Assembly: GCA_009103225.1 (NCBI GenBank)
Contig: RHPI01001168.1
Span: 187,337 to 251,336, forward strand
Length of the DNA: 64,000 nt
Reading direction: 5' to 3'
DNA from: Chlorokybus atmophyticus
Lineage: Eukaryota; Plantae; Mesostigma and Chlorokybus algae
Below, piece after piece: positions 32,901 to 46,499 of this stretch; positions within the stretch are counted from its first letter, which is position 1, and the number at the start of each line of letters is the position of its first letter. The notes under the pieces were generated by a model that saw nothing but the letters and a program-made list of their open reading frames with translations, made no database searches and had not been told where the DNA came from. The translations under genes and the position numbers were made by a program.

Positions 32901-34972
32901 GCGCAAGTGCACGGTCTCGGGCAGCCTGCCAGTTAATGCTGCTTGAAACCACTATTCTGCGCGCGGGGGGGGGGGGACAGTATATACAAACAACCCAAGG
33001 CAGATGCACTCACCTTGAGCTCGTCAGGCATTGTCCACTTGGATTCCCGAGTGGTCTTGTTGTAATAGTACCTGTGGCAAACAGCAAGCTCCGTGTAAGC
33101 CAAGCTCATCTGCCACTGCAATGACTTCATGGTGCAGCAGTCAGGCCTTGGGCGGTGAAGCCTCATCTACGTGGTGCCACACATACTTTCTTCCGTCAGC
33201 CGTAGTGAACTCTTTCCAAGGTGTCTCAGCATCCGCCCTCTGCAAATGGAAACATTGGCAGTAAGCTCATGCCACAACTTATTTAACATACAAACCTTCT
33301 GGTGACATGCCAGCTTGCCTCGATATGACTCATCAGTTCAGCAGGCTTCTCCCAACTTGACTGCTTGGTACGGGTGTTGAAATAGTACCTGGACAAAGAC
33401 CGCGTATGTGTTTACAACTATGCAGCAACCACTGGTTAGAAGAGACTGATCTGTGAGACTGGTACTCCAATCAGGCACAAGCTTACTTGCGACCATCTGG
33501 TGCGGTATGTTCAGTCCAATCTGAACTGCCTGGCTGTGAAGTTGCGGACGTGGTGGGAGCCTGCTCAATGTTTGCCGACAGTAACTGACAAGAGCATGCA
33601 GGCAATGCACATTGAGTTGGCTAGTTTCAATGTCTGGGGGCTCCATACCTGTGCTGGCATTGCAGGAGCTGATGGAGGTGCTGCAGGCAGTGCAGAGGCT
33701 GCTTGAGAATATTGCTGCATAGCTGGCGCATTGGCAAACTGCTGCATGTTGGGATGCGCTGGCTGTGTTGGAGGTGCGTAAGCTGTCCCAGGCTGTGACG
33801 AAAACTGCCCTAATGCCTAGATAAGCACTTGTAAGCAAGCTTGCATGACACAAGACACCTGACCTGTATTCCGCAAACATACTTACTGAAAAGGTTGCTG
33901 ATTGCGTGGCGCTGATGTAACTCCGCTGCTGCCCAGGCATGGTTAAATGATTAGTTAGCGCACCCAATGGTCGCATCATCTGCGGTGGCTGGCCCATGGG
34001 TGGAGGGGGTGCGATTGGTCTCAGCTGACCTACTTGATTAAACCCTGTCTGTGGCATGGTCATTGGTGGCCGCCCTGGCTGGCCAGAAAGCTGACCCGCC
34101 TGCTGCATACCTCCAAACGGACTGGAAGCATACTGCGGTGGCTGGCCAGGATACTGTCCAGGGGGTTGTGGAGGGCGAATCAGTCCCTGCTGTTGCGTTG
34201 GTTGAGACATCATGCTAAAGGGATTTGGAGCTGGCGGTCGAGGAGGACCCATTCCATACCCTGGCCCAGGAACCTGAGCCAGCCAAGCAACTTTCAACAT
34301 CAGGCTTATGGCACATGCATCATTGCAGATAACAGGCACTTCAGTTTATCTTGATTGCTGCGCACCTGCTGAGGTGCAGTCTGGAAACCAAAGGAAGGCG
34401 GGCCGCCTTGAGGTGGCATGCCAGCGGGTCGCTGGAACTGCAAGCATATTTCAAGTCACTTGGGGAGCAGCGACGACATGTGCAGCATTTCATCGTTCGC
34501 ACAGACAGCCGAGAAGATGACTTGGCGGTGATAAAATAAACATCCACACCAACCTGTGGTGGCTGAGGTAGCCCTTGGGGTGGAGGCCCAGGTGGAGCTC
34601 CTGGTGCTGTCCATGGAGAACATAGTGATCAGCTCACCATGGCCTGACCAACATGCGCATGCTGTGATCGTAAAGTACCATTGACTGCCGGCATTTGTGC
34701 AACACACACTGTTGAAATGATTAAGCAACTACCAGTGAACTACAGCTAGACTAAGCTTGTTCGCACATGGTCTGTCTTGGCAGTCAGGCATGCGGCTGCA
34801 AACAAGTGAGCGGTACTTGTAAAGCCTAAGGAGTACAGAAGTACAGCAGCCAGCTGCACAACCAACTGCTGCTTTCAATTTTGCCAAAACAAGCATGCGT
34901 ACCTTTCATCCATGCCGGGAGAGTCGCCCCCATCCCACGCCCCCGGCCGGCACCCGGCGGCACGCCAGCCAT
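29994..34972 (-). CDS. PRP40: Pre-mRNA-processing factor 40 (PRP40A-like): Pro-rich N-terminus, two WW domains, FF domains, charged C-terminus
   Basis: MAGVPPAPGAPPGPPPQ start; WW RADAETPWKEFTTADGRK|YYYNKTTRESKWTMPDELK; FF repeats AFKELLADAEVGADWTWEQ, LLEKDTRFHEVKVEREREELYEEY, RKNRDVFVELM...TSWKEYL; ends ELEDGELGEEGEI*. Confidence 0.93.
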
Positions 34973-35073
34973 GATGCCAATAATAAGCACAGCACGGATC
35001 TATTGCTAAGTCGTCCTTCACCCTCGACGCCTCCACCGCCACCGCCGCCACTGCGTCATACAGGAAGTCAGGA

Positions 35074-35082
35074 TTAGGGTTT
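35074..35082. promoter_or_regulatory. Telo-box (TTAGGGTTT) in the PRP40/NUS1 bidirectional promoter
   Basis: Exact plant telo-box between divergent ATGs 190 bp apart. Confidence 0.55.
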
Positions 35083-35161
35083 GCAGGCTGGTGGGCAGTG
35101 TTGTTGTTGGCGACGTCGTTGGCGGCGAACGAGGAGGCGGCAGTGGGCCTGCGGCACAGGC

Positions 35162-37157
35162 ATGAGCCGAGCAGCCGACGCGCTTGCCCGCGTGCTGCTC
35201 AGCTTCCTGCATTGGGCGTTTGTCTGCTGGCAGGTGGCCCTGTGGGCGGCAAGCGAGGTGTCGTTGTGGTTGCTGCCTTTCCCTTCTTGGCTGCCGTGGA
35301 AAGAGCCAGCAGCAGCCGCTTCAGGGGCCTATCACCGAGATCTGCGCTGGTGCAAGCTTCGTCGTCAGCGAGGGGGCTCTGGCGTTGCTCCTGAGCGTCC
35401 CACCCGGCTGGCGGCTGTTCTGGACCACCAGGCTGCCATTGGCCCCGTGCACAACTTGATTAAGCTAGCCGCGTGGTGCAATTCCGCAGGCTTCACACAT
35501 CTCTTTCTGTACGACGCAGCGGGTAGGGCTGTCAGTTACGCTTAGGTAACAGTATTGATCCACGTTATGTCCGAGGGCATGCACAGTCTATGCACAGAGT
35601 CCATGCACACGCCGGCAGGACTGGCCCTATAAACAGGAGGACAACTCGGCGTTGATTATGCAGTGGGTATTTGCACAGTGGATTAACTCGTGGTGAACTT
35701 TTTGTTCAGGAGCGTCTGATGGGTGCGCAATGCCTCTGTGTCAGTACAGCTCATGCATTCACACATGATGCACAAAGGACAGCAGAATGCGGTGATTGAC
35801 GCAAAACTTTAAATGTACTGCACAGTTCTGTTGGTTATGCGCGGACAACCAAACTATCTTCCAGTTGTCAGCTGTAGTTGTTTCTCCCCTGGTGTACAGT
35901 GAAGCATTAACACCTTCGTAATGTACAAGTCTTGCAGTCTGTGGCACTGTGCTGAACATGCAGACACTGCATCCATGTGAGTGGATGATGCCGCCTTGTG
36001 CATTTTAGTATACAGTTTCATGTATGTCTTTGGCACATGGGTTTGCACGAGCTTCATGCGCGCTGCTTCCATCAATACTCTTGCGGATGCCGCAGGCATT
36101 CTGAAACAGCGCACAGGCGAACTTTCACTTGGGTTGGCAAGCTTCAAGAACATGCAGGAACACTCCAGAGGAAGGGTTGGTTCCAACTCCCATCCTCAGG
36201 CACTTCAGGTAACAGTCAGGTGGGTGTCGATTAGCTGCCAGCACGGCAGGTTGAACACAAGCAACCAGCCTGTGTGTCAACTTATGCGATTGTCCTGGCA
36301 GGATGGAGACGGTGCCATTCGTGTACATATGCGACATATTCCAGTTGGAGAAGAGTCATACCATCAGGATGGTGCAGCAAGCGCGCCCGGTGGTTCAGGC
36401 TCCCACAAGTTGGCAGATGGCAATTATGCGACAGCCTGCGACATGTTCTCAGCTGACTCACTGAGGCTGAGGCTAAGCACGAGCAACGGGAATGGACATG
36501 CACGCTGTGAGCATATCTGCGCAGCTTATGCGCAGCCTGCAAAGCCATCTTTGGAAGTCGGTGTGTTTTCAGGCGTGGATGGCAAACAAGCCATTGTGGA
36601 CGCTGTCGCACAGCTTGCTAATGACAGGTCACTAGAAGAAATAAGTCAAGAGACACTCGAGTCCAGGCTGGACGACGCAGGTGAGTGAGGCTGGGATGAA
36701 GGCAGGTCGGATGTTAGTCGATAAAAAAAATAGAGAGTTCTTGCGCTGATGCGGTGACATCCATCCAGGCATTGGTCCTGCTACTGAGCCGCACCTTGTG
36801 TTGGTGTTTGGAGCATGTGCCAGTTTACATGGGTACCCGCCTTGGCACACGCGCACCTGCGAAATCAGGTAGGCCTCATTAGGGTCATCGTCACAGCTGG
36901 AGTATGCTTTGCCACGACGGTTGCGTCATGTGAACCCAAAAAGCCCAAAGTGCTGCAGGACGCTTGCTTAGCATTCAAGAAAGTTACATCGTCCGTTGTG
37001 GCCAAGCTCGTCTTAGTGAGTCGGCTTTCGTGCTGCCTGATTATTTCTGACCATCCATCGCTGCAGGCATGTGGGAAGTCTGCACCACTATTCAGAGCGT
37101 CATTTCCACAGCACTCTATGGGAATATTCGCTAACTCGCCAAAGACATGGTCGATAG
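35162..37157 (+). CDS. NUS1: cis-prenyltransferase (dolichol synthesis) subunit NUS1/NgBR/LEW1
   Basis: N-terminal TM; LIKLAAWCNSAGFTHLFLYDAAG..ILK; EPHLVLVFGACASLHGYPPWHTRTCEI; C-terminal RxG motif RQRHGR*. Confidence 0.88.
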
Positions 37158-38247
37158 CATCTGATCTGCTGATGTACAGGATGACCAGTTGATACAGATG
37201 CACAGCATGCACATATGTATGTCGCACCCCAATAAGACATGGTTGGCGCTTACTCTTTGCTGTATCAACATGCAGAAACTTACCAAGGTTGTCATTGTTG
37301 TCTATGGGTCATGTTCTCACTCCTGACACAGTGCACATCTTGATGGTTGAACCCAAGCACAGACAGGCAGTGGGTAGGACTGCAGAATATGCGTACAATT
37401 TCACTTGTCTGTTGATCAATCAGCATCCTGCGCCCTGCAGGTTGTCCTTGTGTTGCCTTCTGCCTGCTCTGCTGTCAATGGCTGAGAGTCTTACCTCAGC
37501 CTTAGCCAAGTCTTATCTTGTGTAAGCTAGGTACTGGGCTTGGCCCCTGGCTCCCAGGTGAAACCATGCTTGCACTCGTGCATGTGTGTACAAAAGGGGT
37601 ATGCTGCTGTGTATTGCTTAAACTTGACCCCTACCACTAAATTTGCTATGATGCATCTCTTACATACATGATATATGCAGCAGGTTAAGCGCCCAGATCA
37701 ACCTTGTTATGCGGAATTCATTATCTGCACTGCAACAGGCTAAAATTGATGCTTGCTACCTGGAAAAAAGAGTTAAGGACACTACGAACCGCGTACATTG
37801 CATCTGCACCACTGGAGAAAGCGTATACACTTAGTGTTCAAGTGTACATTCATCAATAACGCTACATGGCAATGGTCAAAGTGTACATGGTAATGGTTGA
37901 TCTGGGGTAACCCAACACTCTCTGTTCTGCTAAAAGCATTTTCCTTCCTTGCGTGCAAGGGAACAAGACACAGAAGTGGAACCAACTGCAACCGCACCCA
38001 AGCAAAAGCTCGGGGAGGGGACATCAAAGGCAACAACACAGCGTGATAACAGCTGCATGAATGCTATGCAGCACAGAGTGGGACCCCACTCTGAGGCCGG
38101 AAAGCTTGCTTTTTGCAATTATGTTAACACAAGTGTTGGTCATGTCTGAAACTGGTTACTATTAAAGGAGGGCTATAAAACAGGAGAACAACAGCAACAT
38201 GACATGCAGAACGCCAGCTGCTATCACCTGAAGCGCCAATGGCATAC

Positions 38248-40063
38248 CTTTGAAAGCTGCTTAAGCAACTTATCGGTGGCAGGAAGCTGTCCAATCGCCA
38301 TCACAATAAGAGCTGCAAACACAGCAGCACAAACATACCCATCAGCAATAAACACCACCAAGCAACTGGCGTGCAGCGACGCGGCACGCCAGCCCAGCAC
38401 ACAACGGACTCACTCACCAGCCGCAATGGCGATCGGGAGGACGAGGTAAGTAGGGACTTTGATAAACAAGTAGAGCAATAGCGCAGTAATGACAAAGGCT
38501 GCAAACATCAACGTCCCAGGCAACCTGCGATCCGCCAACAGTGCGCGGGTTTCTTGCGACATACGCATGCTGTTCAACCTGCCAAGCAGGCGCCATGTTC
38601 TGTAAGTGTCCAACCAGCGTCAAACGCACAATGCCCACACATTTCAACAACATTCAGGAAGCAAGAAATGAAGGAGGCAGCGTTATATACTATGATACCT
38701 GGGAAGAGGCATCTGATCTGCCGGCACCACACGCGTTGTGATGCACCCATCCTCCGTTATGTGCAACACCACCCTTTCGGAATCACTCACGGAGGGCTGA
38801 AACAACAAAAGGAAGCACTCAAGTCACAGCGTGCTGGGCAGCAGGTATGTTGCCTAACTGCTGAAGTTCAAGTGCTTACCATGAAGTCCCCATTGACAAG
38901 CTGCCCGCAAAGCTCGCAAATGTTTGTCTTCTTGGCAGCACCAAACCAAGCCTGCGCGCATGGATGGTGCGTGCTAGCGAGGTCACCTCGGCAAGCGCAA
39001 CCGAGAGGCACGAGAGGCCCGACCGCTTTGCCCATCTGCACAGCCATGTGCTCGGCATCAGGACAGAATTCTGCTTACCACAATTTGCAGAAACTGTGGT
39101 ATACTGTGTGCTTGCAGGTTGCATGCAATGTTCAACCATAATACCGCTGTATATAGAACTGAATTGGATTACTGTGGCTATGGCAAACTATGGTAACAAT
39201 ATACCACTGCGAGGAGCACACACCACACATGACATGCATTCAGTCAATGCACACGAAGCGAGGACATCAGTGCTGCAGGAGCACATGCAATACCTGACAA
39301 ATGCGGCAGACATCTCCGCCATCAAGAGACGCTCCGGCATCTCCCATGCGCGTTGCATACTCCGACGCAGCCGGTATGATCAAGCGAATATCGTCCGGTT
39401 GCATTGCAGTGCGAGCAGCCAACCTCTCCGCGACAACAGTCATGGCAACATCATCGCTGCAGACTCAAATCTTTAGACGACAGCAAGGAGAGCCTTGCGT
39501 GCCACCTCAACATGTAGGCAAATGCAAAATGCCGTTGCATTGCGCACACTGCAACGCGTGCCATGACGCGCATGCAGTGGCAGGGTTGTGAGCTTTCCTT
39601 AATACTCACTAAGCAGAGCAATACGAAGCATAGAGTGCGGTGTCATCACAATGTCTCCCTTCTCAACACGAATGCTGACCAGCATAACTGTGCCAGAAGG
39701 CAGGGCCACTTGCATGGTGCGCACCAATAACTACGGTGCTGTGCAGTGAAGCATCCATACATAGCATGTGTCGTGCGGTTGTAAGCTTTGAGTTGTATAT
39801 GGGCTGAGCTTACAACTGCATGCGCAAGCAGTGCAAACAGGGCAGTCACTAACTGCATACGAAAGTGGCGAAAATCTACAACAGACCAGAAGAAGCGACA
39901 GCTGCTCTTACCTGCTTAACCCAGCAGCAGAGGCGCTGGTTGTGGGCGTTTCTTGGGCACCGGCTTCAAGGAGCGTGGGAAGACTGTCGCCTGCTGGGCG
40001 GCCAGCAGTTGACGGCGCCACATTGATACTCATTTCCGGAGGAAGAATAGCCGCATTCGCCAT
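38248..40063 (-). CDS. RING-CH (RINGv/MARCH-type) E3 ubiquitin ligase with two C-terminal TM helices; 3' end uncertain
   Basis: DVCRICQ|MGKAVGPLVPLGCACRGDLASTHHPCAQAWFGAAKKTNICELCG (C4HC3), followed by hydrophobic TLMFAAFVITALLLYLFIKVPTYLVLPIAIAA|ALIVMAIG. Confidence 0.85.
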
Positions 40064-40594
40064 GCCTGGCCGTAAGCACAACCCGCCCTCACCTCATCGA
40101 CAACGCCCAGCCCAGGGCCTACCGAGGCGCCAACGCAACCGGCGGCGGCGGCAGGCGTTGTATGTGAGGCGCACAACAAAAAGCTAGCCACACTCTAGCC
40201 CTCCTTCTAAGACAACCACCCCCAAGCCAGTGCACGCCCTTCCAAGCACGCGCCCGCTGCCGCCAACCACTCCACCGCCACCACCAACGCCAACGCCGCC
40301 AACGCCGCCGCGGCTAGTCTGCACCTGCACACTGCTGACACCACGCCGCCAAACCAGCCGACATTGAATCCATTCCACGCTGCTAGGGATATCTTTCCAC
40401 CGTGACGCCTTGCGAATAGGCGCCGAAGTAGCGTGTCGGCTGCTAGGTAGCAGGCTAGTAGGCCTAGCGATAGCTCCTGTGGGAGCTCGCGACGACATCA
40501 GAGTCATAACGAATATCCAAGACGCTTGTTAATCATTTCGACGAACGACGCAATCACGACTGCAGACAAAAGCCTTCGATATTTTGTTCGCCAA

Positions 40595-40603
40595 TTAGGG
40601 TTT
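40595..40603. promoter_or_regulatory. Telo-box between the divergent RING-CH and hypothetical genes
   Basis: ttagggttt followed by ggcggcggcgg. Confidence 0.5.
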
Positions 40604-40706
40604 TGGCGGCGGCGGCGGTCGTAAAGCAGGTGCAGGAGTAGGAGGGCTGAGGAGCGGGGGCCCCAAGAAAATAAGGAGGAGTTTGAGGTTGTGTGTTACA
40701 GTTACG

Positions 40707-41936
40707 ATGAAGTTTGCTTACAGAGTCACGGGCAGGAAGCGGCGAAAAGGCCAGGTAGCACAGCAAGTCAGCATATGTTGTCAGCTGTCTGAACTTGCTA
40801 TTGTCAGGAGAGTACTTCAATTCTGTGCACGTATACACGCAGCATGCACAGCTAAGTCAGCATTGTCCGTAGTTGTTTGTGCTTAACTCCTCATGGGTAA
40901 CTAGTCATTCATCTGCCATGCATACTGCATGGCCAGAACCAGTAGATTGCCAATATTGTAATCCATTATGTTGTCACCAGCTAGTACTCACATGAATCCC
41001 TAACAACTGTTGTCTTGGTTTGCTGTACGCATTTTCTGCCATCAATGACAACGTTTCATAAATGAAGCAAACATTCCAATCTTGCATGCACGACACCATA
41101 GCCACAGACAGTGCACGCCTAAAGCACGCATTGGCTCATAGCGCACTGTGTGTGTTGTCAACAGCAGCCGCAGGGCGCAACAGATGTGGCAATGGGTGAC
41201 GCGGTTGAAGGCACGCCATCAACAAGCATGTCCTCCAGGGAGCTTCACAAGCTGCGTGTTGACAAGAAGAGGCAGCTGAAAGTAAAGATAGCTAACTTGA
41301 AGCGCTCTCGGTGAGACAAACCATTGTGGTGTACATAGTGGCGTCATGTGGTACATGCACTGTGCCCATCTGAAAGGTGTTTGCAGGTTGAAATTGAGCA
41401 AGAAAACCTTACATCATCGGCAGGAACGCAAAGCTTTGACGCAACAGCTTCACGAATTGCTGCAGGTGCGGGTGCGCATAGTGACTCATGCACGTATGCA
41501 TATATGTACCAAGTTGGTTGTTGTATGTGCACGTGTAGGCGCAGGCAGAGCTGGACAAGGGCAAGGCACAGAGCAAAGCAGACCTTGCTGGAGAAAGCAG
41601 TACGTGTCTGTCTGTGTGGATGTTGCCCAACTTACATTGTGACTTGTGTGACAGAGTGCAGATTGTTGCATTTGAGTTGTTGCTAACAGATATGTTGATG
41701 TGTGCGCAGGTGCAGAGCTCCGTGCTGAGCCGCATGACAACACTGCTGAGCCCAGCGCCGTACCCAGCGAGTTACCTGATGGAGGAGTGGGAATGAGCGA
41801 TGCTGAACACGAAGATGGCGAAGACATGCAGGACATGGACGTGGGGGATGCACCTCCTGTTGACAATCCTAGCAATGAAGAAAAGAAGCACGGTCGCAGG
41901 AAAAAGCACAAACAAAGAAGCCGACGCAAAAGCTAG
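40707..41936 (+). CDS. Small hypothetical protein, 5 exons: basic coiled coil, acidic tract, basic NLS-like tail
   Basis: Exons join in frame: MKFAYRVTGRKRRKGQ | QPQGATDVAMGD...KKRQLKVKIANLKRS | RLKLSKKTLHHRQERKALTQQLHELLQ | AQAELDKGK... | ...EEKKHGRRKKHKQRSRRKS*. Confidence 0.65.
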
Positions 41937-42776
41937 GTGTTCCATCTTATTAAACACCTACAGTTGATGGTTGGGCCTGCCAGAATGGCATCTCAAAGTA
42001 GACTGTGCAGTATGTGCAGCTGATACGCTTGATGTGGAGGCAATGACAGCATCTAGTCCTGGCAATGCATTTAAACAGCGTTTGCATAACCGTGCAAACA
42101 CTGTGCAAAACCAATTTGCAACGCTGATAACCAGACCAGAGTGGGCAACAGCTGGTGACCACAAAACTACCTCATTTTGCAATAGACTCGCAAGTGCATC
42201 ATTTACCAATACCCGTGTGCTGTACAGGCATTGACCATTTGCATGTTGTGCATGTCTAGCGGGGTGGTGCTAGTGTTGGTATTGTTTAAAAGTATGATAG
42301 AGGAACCCGATGATAAACATGTTGATGGTTGAGTTGCTTGCTATATGCTAGTCACACAACGGCCGTGGTGCAGGTGATGCGCGTGCATGCATGCTTGTCT
42401 AACGGGGTTTGGGCTAGTAGTGAAGTTAGGTAGGTAGTAAGTAGGAAGAGCACCCGGTGGTGAATGTAAGTGTTGTGTGCTGTTGTGTGTGGTGTGCAAC
42501 GCATGCCTCACATTGTGATACATGCCACAATCTCTGCATCCTATATATTGTACTCCTTGCATGTCAAATGCATGCACGCATATGCACGCCACATCGTATA
42601 TACCAGCACAGCCTTTGGCGTACACAACTGCAATCACATGACATATTAGTAAAGATTGCGCGAACAAAAGCTACATGACACCAACCTGCACAACGCAAAA
42701 CACAGAGATGCTATGTACCAGAGCACTCTTGTATACTATACAGATACAGCCACGCAACAAGCCCCTGGTATAGTAA

Positions 42777-43893
42777 CTACAGACATTTGAAGCCTTTGCA
42801 CGCAATGAGGAAGACAACGAAAATCAGCACAAAAAGAATGCCCGCAACCATCAACTTGAGCTTCAAGTTGTTCCACCACATCCTGCGCCGCAACTGCCGG
42901 CCTGTGCGGTGGAAATCGTCTGCCTGCAGCAATATCAAACATGCACATGGTTAGGTTTGCAAAGAGGCAACTGGCAGGCTGCGGACACACTCTCAGCTAT
43001 CACAGCTAGAAGTGCAGATACCTGTGAGCGAAGGGCATCGGTTTTGTCCACAAGAAGTTCAATCTTCTCCCCGCGATCAAGTACCTGCAGGTCAACAGAC
43101 TTGGATGAATAGCTGTCAAACTGCTTGATGGTTGTCCCAGTGCACTGTAGTAACACAACAGCATGCACTGAACCTCTCGCATGATGCCCGCGAGGCAGAC
43201 CCTACCTTTTCAATGTTCTCCATCATGATGTGCTTGACCTGATCCACCTCCTTTTGCACTTTTGCCACTTTGCTCAGTTCTTCGGGATGTTCTGTTACAA
43301 ACTCCATGTGCTCGCGCAGCTTTGACCTGCACATGAAGCAATATGACATCTATACTCTGGCAAAAGTATGTTGTAGGGGTCATGGCATGCTACATTGCAA
43401 TTGACACACCAACCACACCACACAGCGGATAAGCACACTGCATTGCTTACGCGTAGTCCTTGTTGAGGCTGTGAGCAATGGCAGTCTTCGCTGCTTCCCC
43501 ATGTTTCCGCAAGAAGTCATCACGCACGCGCTCCAAGAAGGCAAAAGGAATCTGGCGCCCAAACTCTTCATTCGCAACAGCAGTGTACGCTGCAAGAAAT
43601 ACACACAACTACACATCACATTGATGCAGTGCACGCATTGAACACGACACACAATCATACGCACACAATGCATTACAATACATGCACTAGACCTCGCAGA
43701 ACGTACTGAAAGTTCCTTGAGTCAGATAGTTGAAGGTGTGTCTGTCGCATGTATACGTGAAGCGACCGCCATTCTGCTGATCCGGAAGCTTCTGCAAGCA
43801 CTGAAGGGCAACTGTGCTGAAGTTGCCTGAGAAAGCGGTGTATTCGCACAGCACCACTGAGCCCCGAGAGATGCACGAGTATATCAACGGCAT
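42777..43893 (-). CDS. VAMP72: R-SNARE VAMP72-like (longin + SNARE + TM)
   Basis: [37 protein letters not shown]; [12 protein letters not shown]; [30 protein letters not shown]; TM then ACKGFKCL*. Confidence 0.95.
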
Positions 43894-44950
43894 TGTATCT
43901 CCTTCTGTTCAGCACTGATGATGGCTCTTCTCCAAACCTGTTGCCTGTTTTGTGTGTTGCCACTCTGTGTAAGTACTCAAGTAAGTCATTGATAGAGCAA
44001 GCAACCCAACCTGAAGAGCAGATATGATTTGCGATGCACAAACGTGAAATCTCAGCACCAATGTTGCAAGGTTGTTGCAATGTTGGACACTTGCCAGAGG
44101 CCAGCATGGTGAGAGCAGAAAACGCAGTCAGGAACCGGAAGTCTGCATGCAGTGACATGACACGGCAAGTCTGAAATGAAAGTTGCGCAATTGCATGCGG
44201 AGCCGAGAAACACAGGCAAATATAACGGCAGTCATTTGACTTCAGCAATCGACACAACTGGGCCCCTACATCTGCTGTTTTTCACAAAACCCTGACTCAA
44301 CCAGCGGCGTTACATGGGGTTCTCTGGCCCAGTCTGCATCACAACGCAGCAAAACCCTGCCCTAGCTCTACAATAACAAGGCTGCAACCACGTGGACTTC
44401 AGTCGCATGGAGTCAACCCCTTCACTGAGCTGTTACCTGTCCAAAACTCAGGAGCTCTCTTCTCTGTGCAGTTATAGAAGCGGAGACGCTGTTCCTCCGC
44501 CTGTCCCTAGCGCAATTCGCCCGTTGCAGGCAACGATCTACGGGCGTGGCCAGCTTCTCCGCCGCCCGTCTCTGCCTCTGCCGCCGCCGCCGTAGCCGTC
44601 GCCGTTACCGCCAGGGTTGTTGACAAGTCCACGCCGTTGTTTATTTTAGCGCAGCAGCGGACACGTGGCATACACGCGCTGTCGCGCGTCTTGGCGGGCC
44701 ACATCAGGCCCCTGGCAGTGGACCCTTGGCACCGGAAGTCCGTTTATTAGACCTACCTCTAGACCCACCTGCAATACTGGGTAATGAAGCTCACTCTTTG
44801 GTGTGTTTGTATTGTGGCTTGGTATGAATAATATTGCATCAGCGGTAGTGCTTACGAACTCTATTCATAAGACATGTTATACCAATAACCATGAAGCTAT
44901 GCAAGACTTGTGACTTAAGAGTTCAAATTCAAACAATTACATACTTAATA

Positions 44951-45132
44951 TGTGTTATACATGTGTAGTATGTACTTGTAAGATACCAATATCATGCAGT
45001 ATATACCATATGTACACAAATTCTTCACGAAGACTAATCAACATGCGTTACATACATGTATAGTATGTACTTATGTTATACCAATATCATGCAGTACATA
45101 CCATATGTACACAATTTCTCCACAAAGACTAA
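44951..45132. repeat. AT-rich tandem duplication of ~90 bp
   Basis: tagtatgtactt...ataccaatatcatgcagta(t/c)ataccatatgtacacaa...aagactaat occurs twice. Confidence 0.85.
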
Positions 45133-45701
45133 TGTACGCGATGCTAATTAAATAACATCGTCACTTGTATTTGTATTGCAAAAAACATCGTCACACCAAT
45201 GTGGCAATCTCATGAAAACGAGTAGATTCATGTATAATACTGCGTACAAGTTGCTGCAAAACCAAGCTTCAAACCGTGTACATAAGTATGGATAGCAACA
45301 TGGATTTCAAAGTGTACAGGATAAGCGCATGGCTGTTACAGCATGCATCGTTACATCATACATGACATAGCCAGCCGCACGCATCTGTATGAACGACCAC
45401 CGGGCTAAGTCTATCTGCTACTCTACCCCTACTGTTATCGCCCGTGTGTGTATATCCTTAACTTTGTCAAGTACGAGGGGGTCAAGCAGTTGTCGTTCTT
45501 ATTGTGCTGATGCTGAATTAAGGCCTCACCGTTCATTCTGCCTTTCCCCTTCGCTGGTTGACCTCACTGCGTGTTGTCCGCCCTTTACATGTTTCAGGGT
45601 CCAGACTTAGCACGTGCTTGGTTCTGTCTACACTGGTCGGTTGGTCCCAGGTTTGCCTTACCCCTCATACAATATATTATTGCCTCTTGATGTATGATGA
45701 A

Positions 45702-46499
45702 TAGAATGCAAGGATTGTGGCATGCATGAGAGTGTGACACACAACCAGGACATGCACCGCCGCAGAGGGAGTTTCCGTGCGTGCCGTACATGCATACATG
45801 TGTGTACTTACAAAACCCTAAGCCGGCAGTTGACAAGCCGGCAGTAGGAGGCTGGCGGAGATGGCGGCGGGGGTGTGGGTGAAGCGGGAGGGGGAGTCCG
45901 GTGAGTCCTGCTGCTGGTGTGGCCGCTGCTGCTGCAAGAAGGCCGCTGACCAAGGCGCATGTGCAGGTGATGACGCACGCATGCATGCATGCATGCATGT
46001 CTAATGGGTATGGGCAGTAGAGAAGGTAGGTAGCAGCTAGGTTAGCAGCCCGGTGGTTAATGAGAGTGCTTCATTCAGTGTGGTGAGTAGATTGCTCATG
46101 CATGTGTGTGTCACACTCTCATGCATGCCACAATCCTTGCATTCTACTTATTATACACATGCATTAGCAGGCTACTCACCACACCATAAAGCACTCTTAA
46201 CCACCGGGCTGCTAACCTAGCTGCTACCTACCTTCTCCACTGCCCATACCCATTAGACATGCATGCATGCATGCATGCGTGCGTCATCACCTGCACATGC
46301 GCCTTGGTCAGCGGCCACACCAGCAGCAGGACTCAACGGACTCCCCCTCCCGCTTCACCCACCACCCCGCCGCCATCTCCGCCAGCCTCGTACTGCCGTC
46401 TTGTCAACTGCAGGCTTAGGGTTTTGTCAACACACGCACGCATGCATGTCCGGCACGCGCAGAAACTCCCTCTGCGGCGGTGCATGTCGTGGTTGTGTG
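45702..46499. repeat. Large inverted repeat with permuted structure A-B-rc(A)-rc(B)
   Basis: B (45738-46107) and rc(B) (46155-46499) are about 90% identical. A (45702-45743) has an exact 42-bp inverted copy at 46105-46146 that forms the loop. B contains a telo-box and (GCAT)n. Confidence 0.92.

Noticed and set aside
35074-46423. Interstitial telomere or chromosome fusion from TTAGGGTTT hits
   Set aside because: These are isolated single motifs at promoter-like positions, not tandem arrays.
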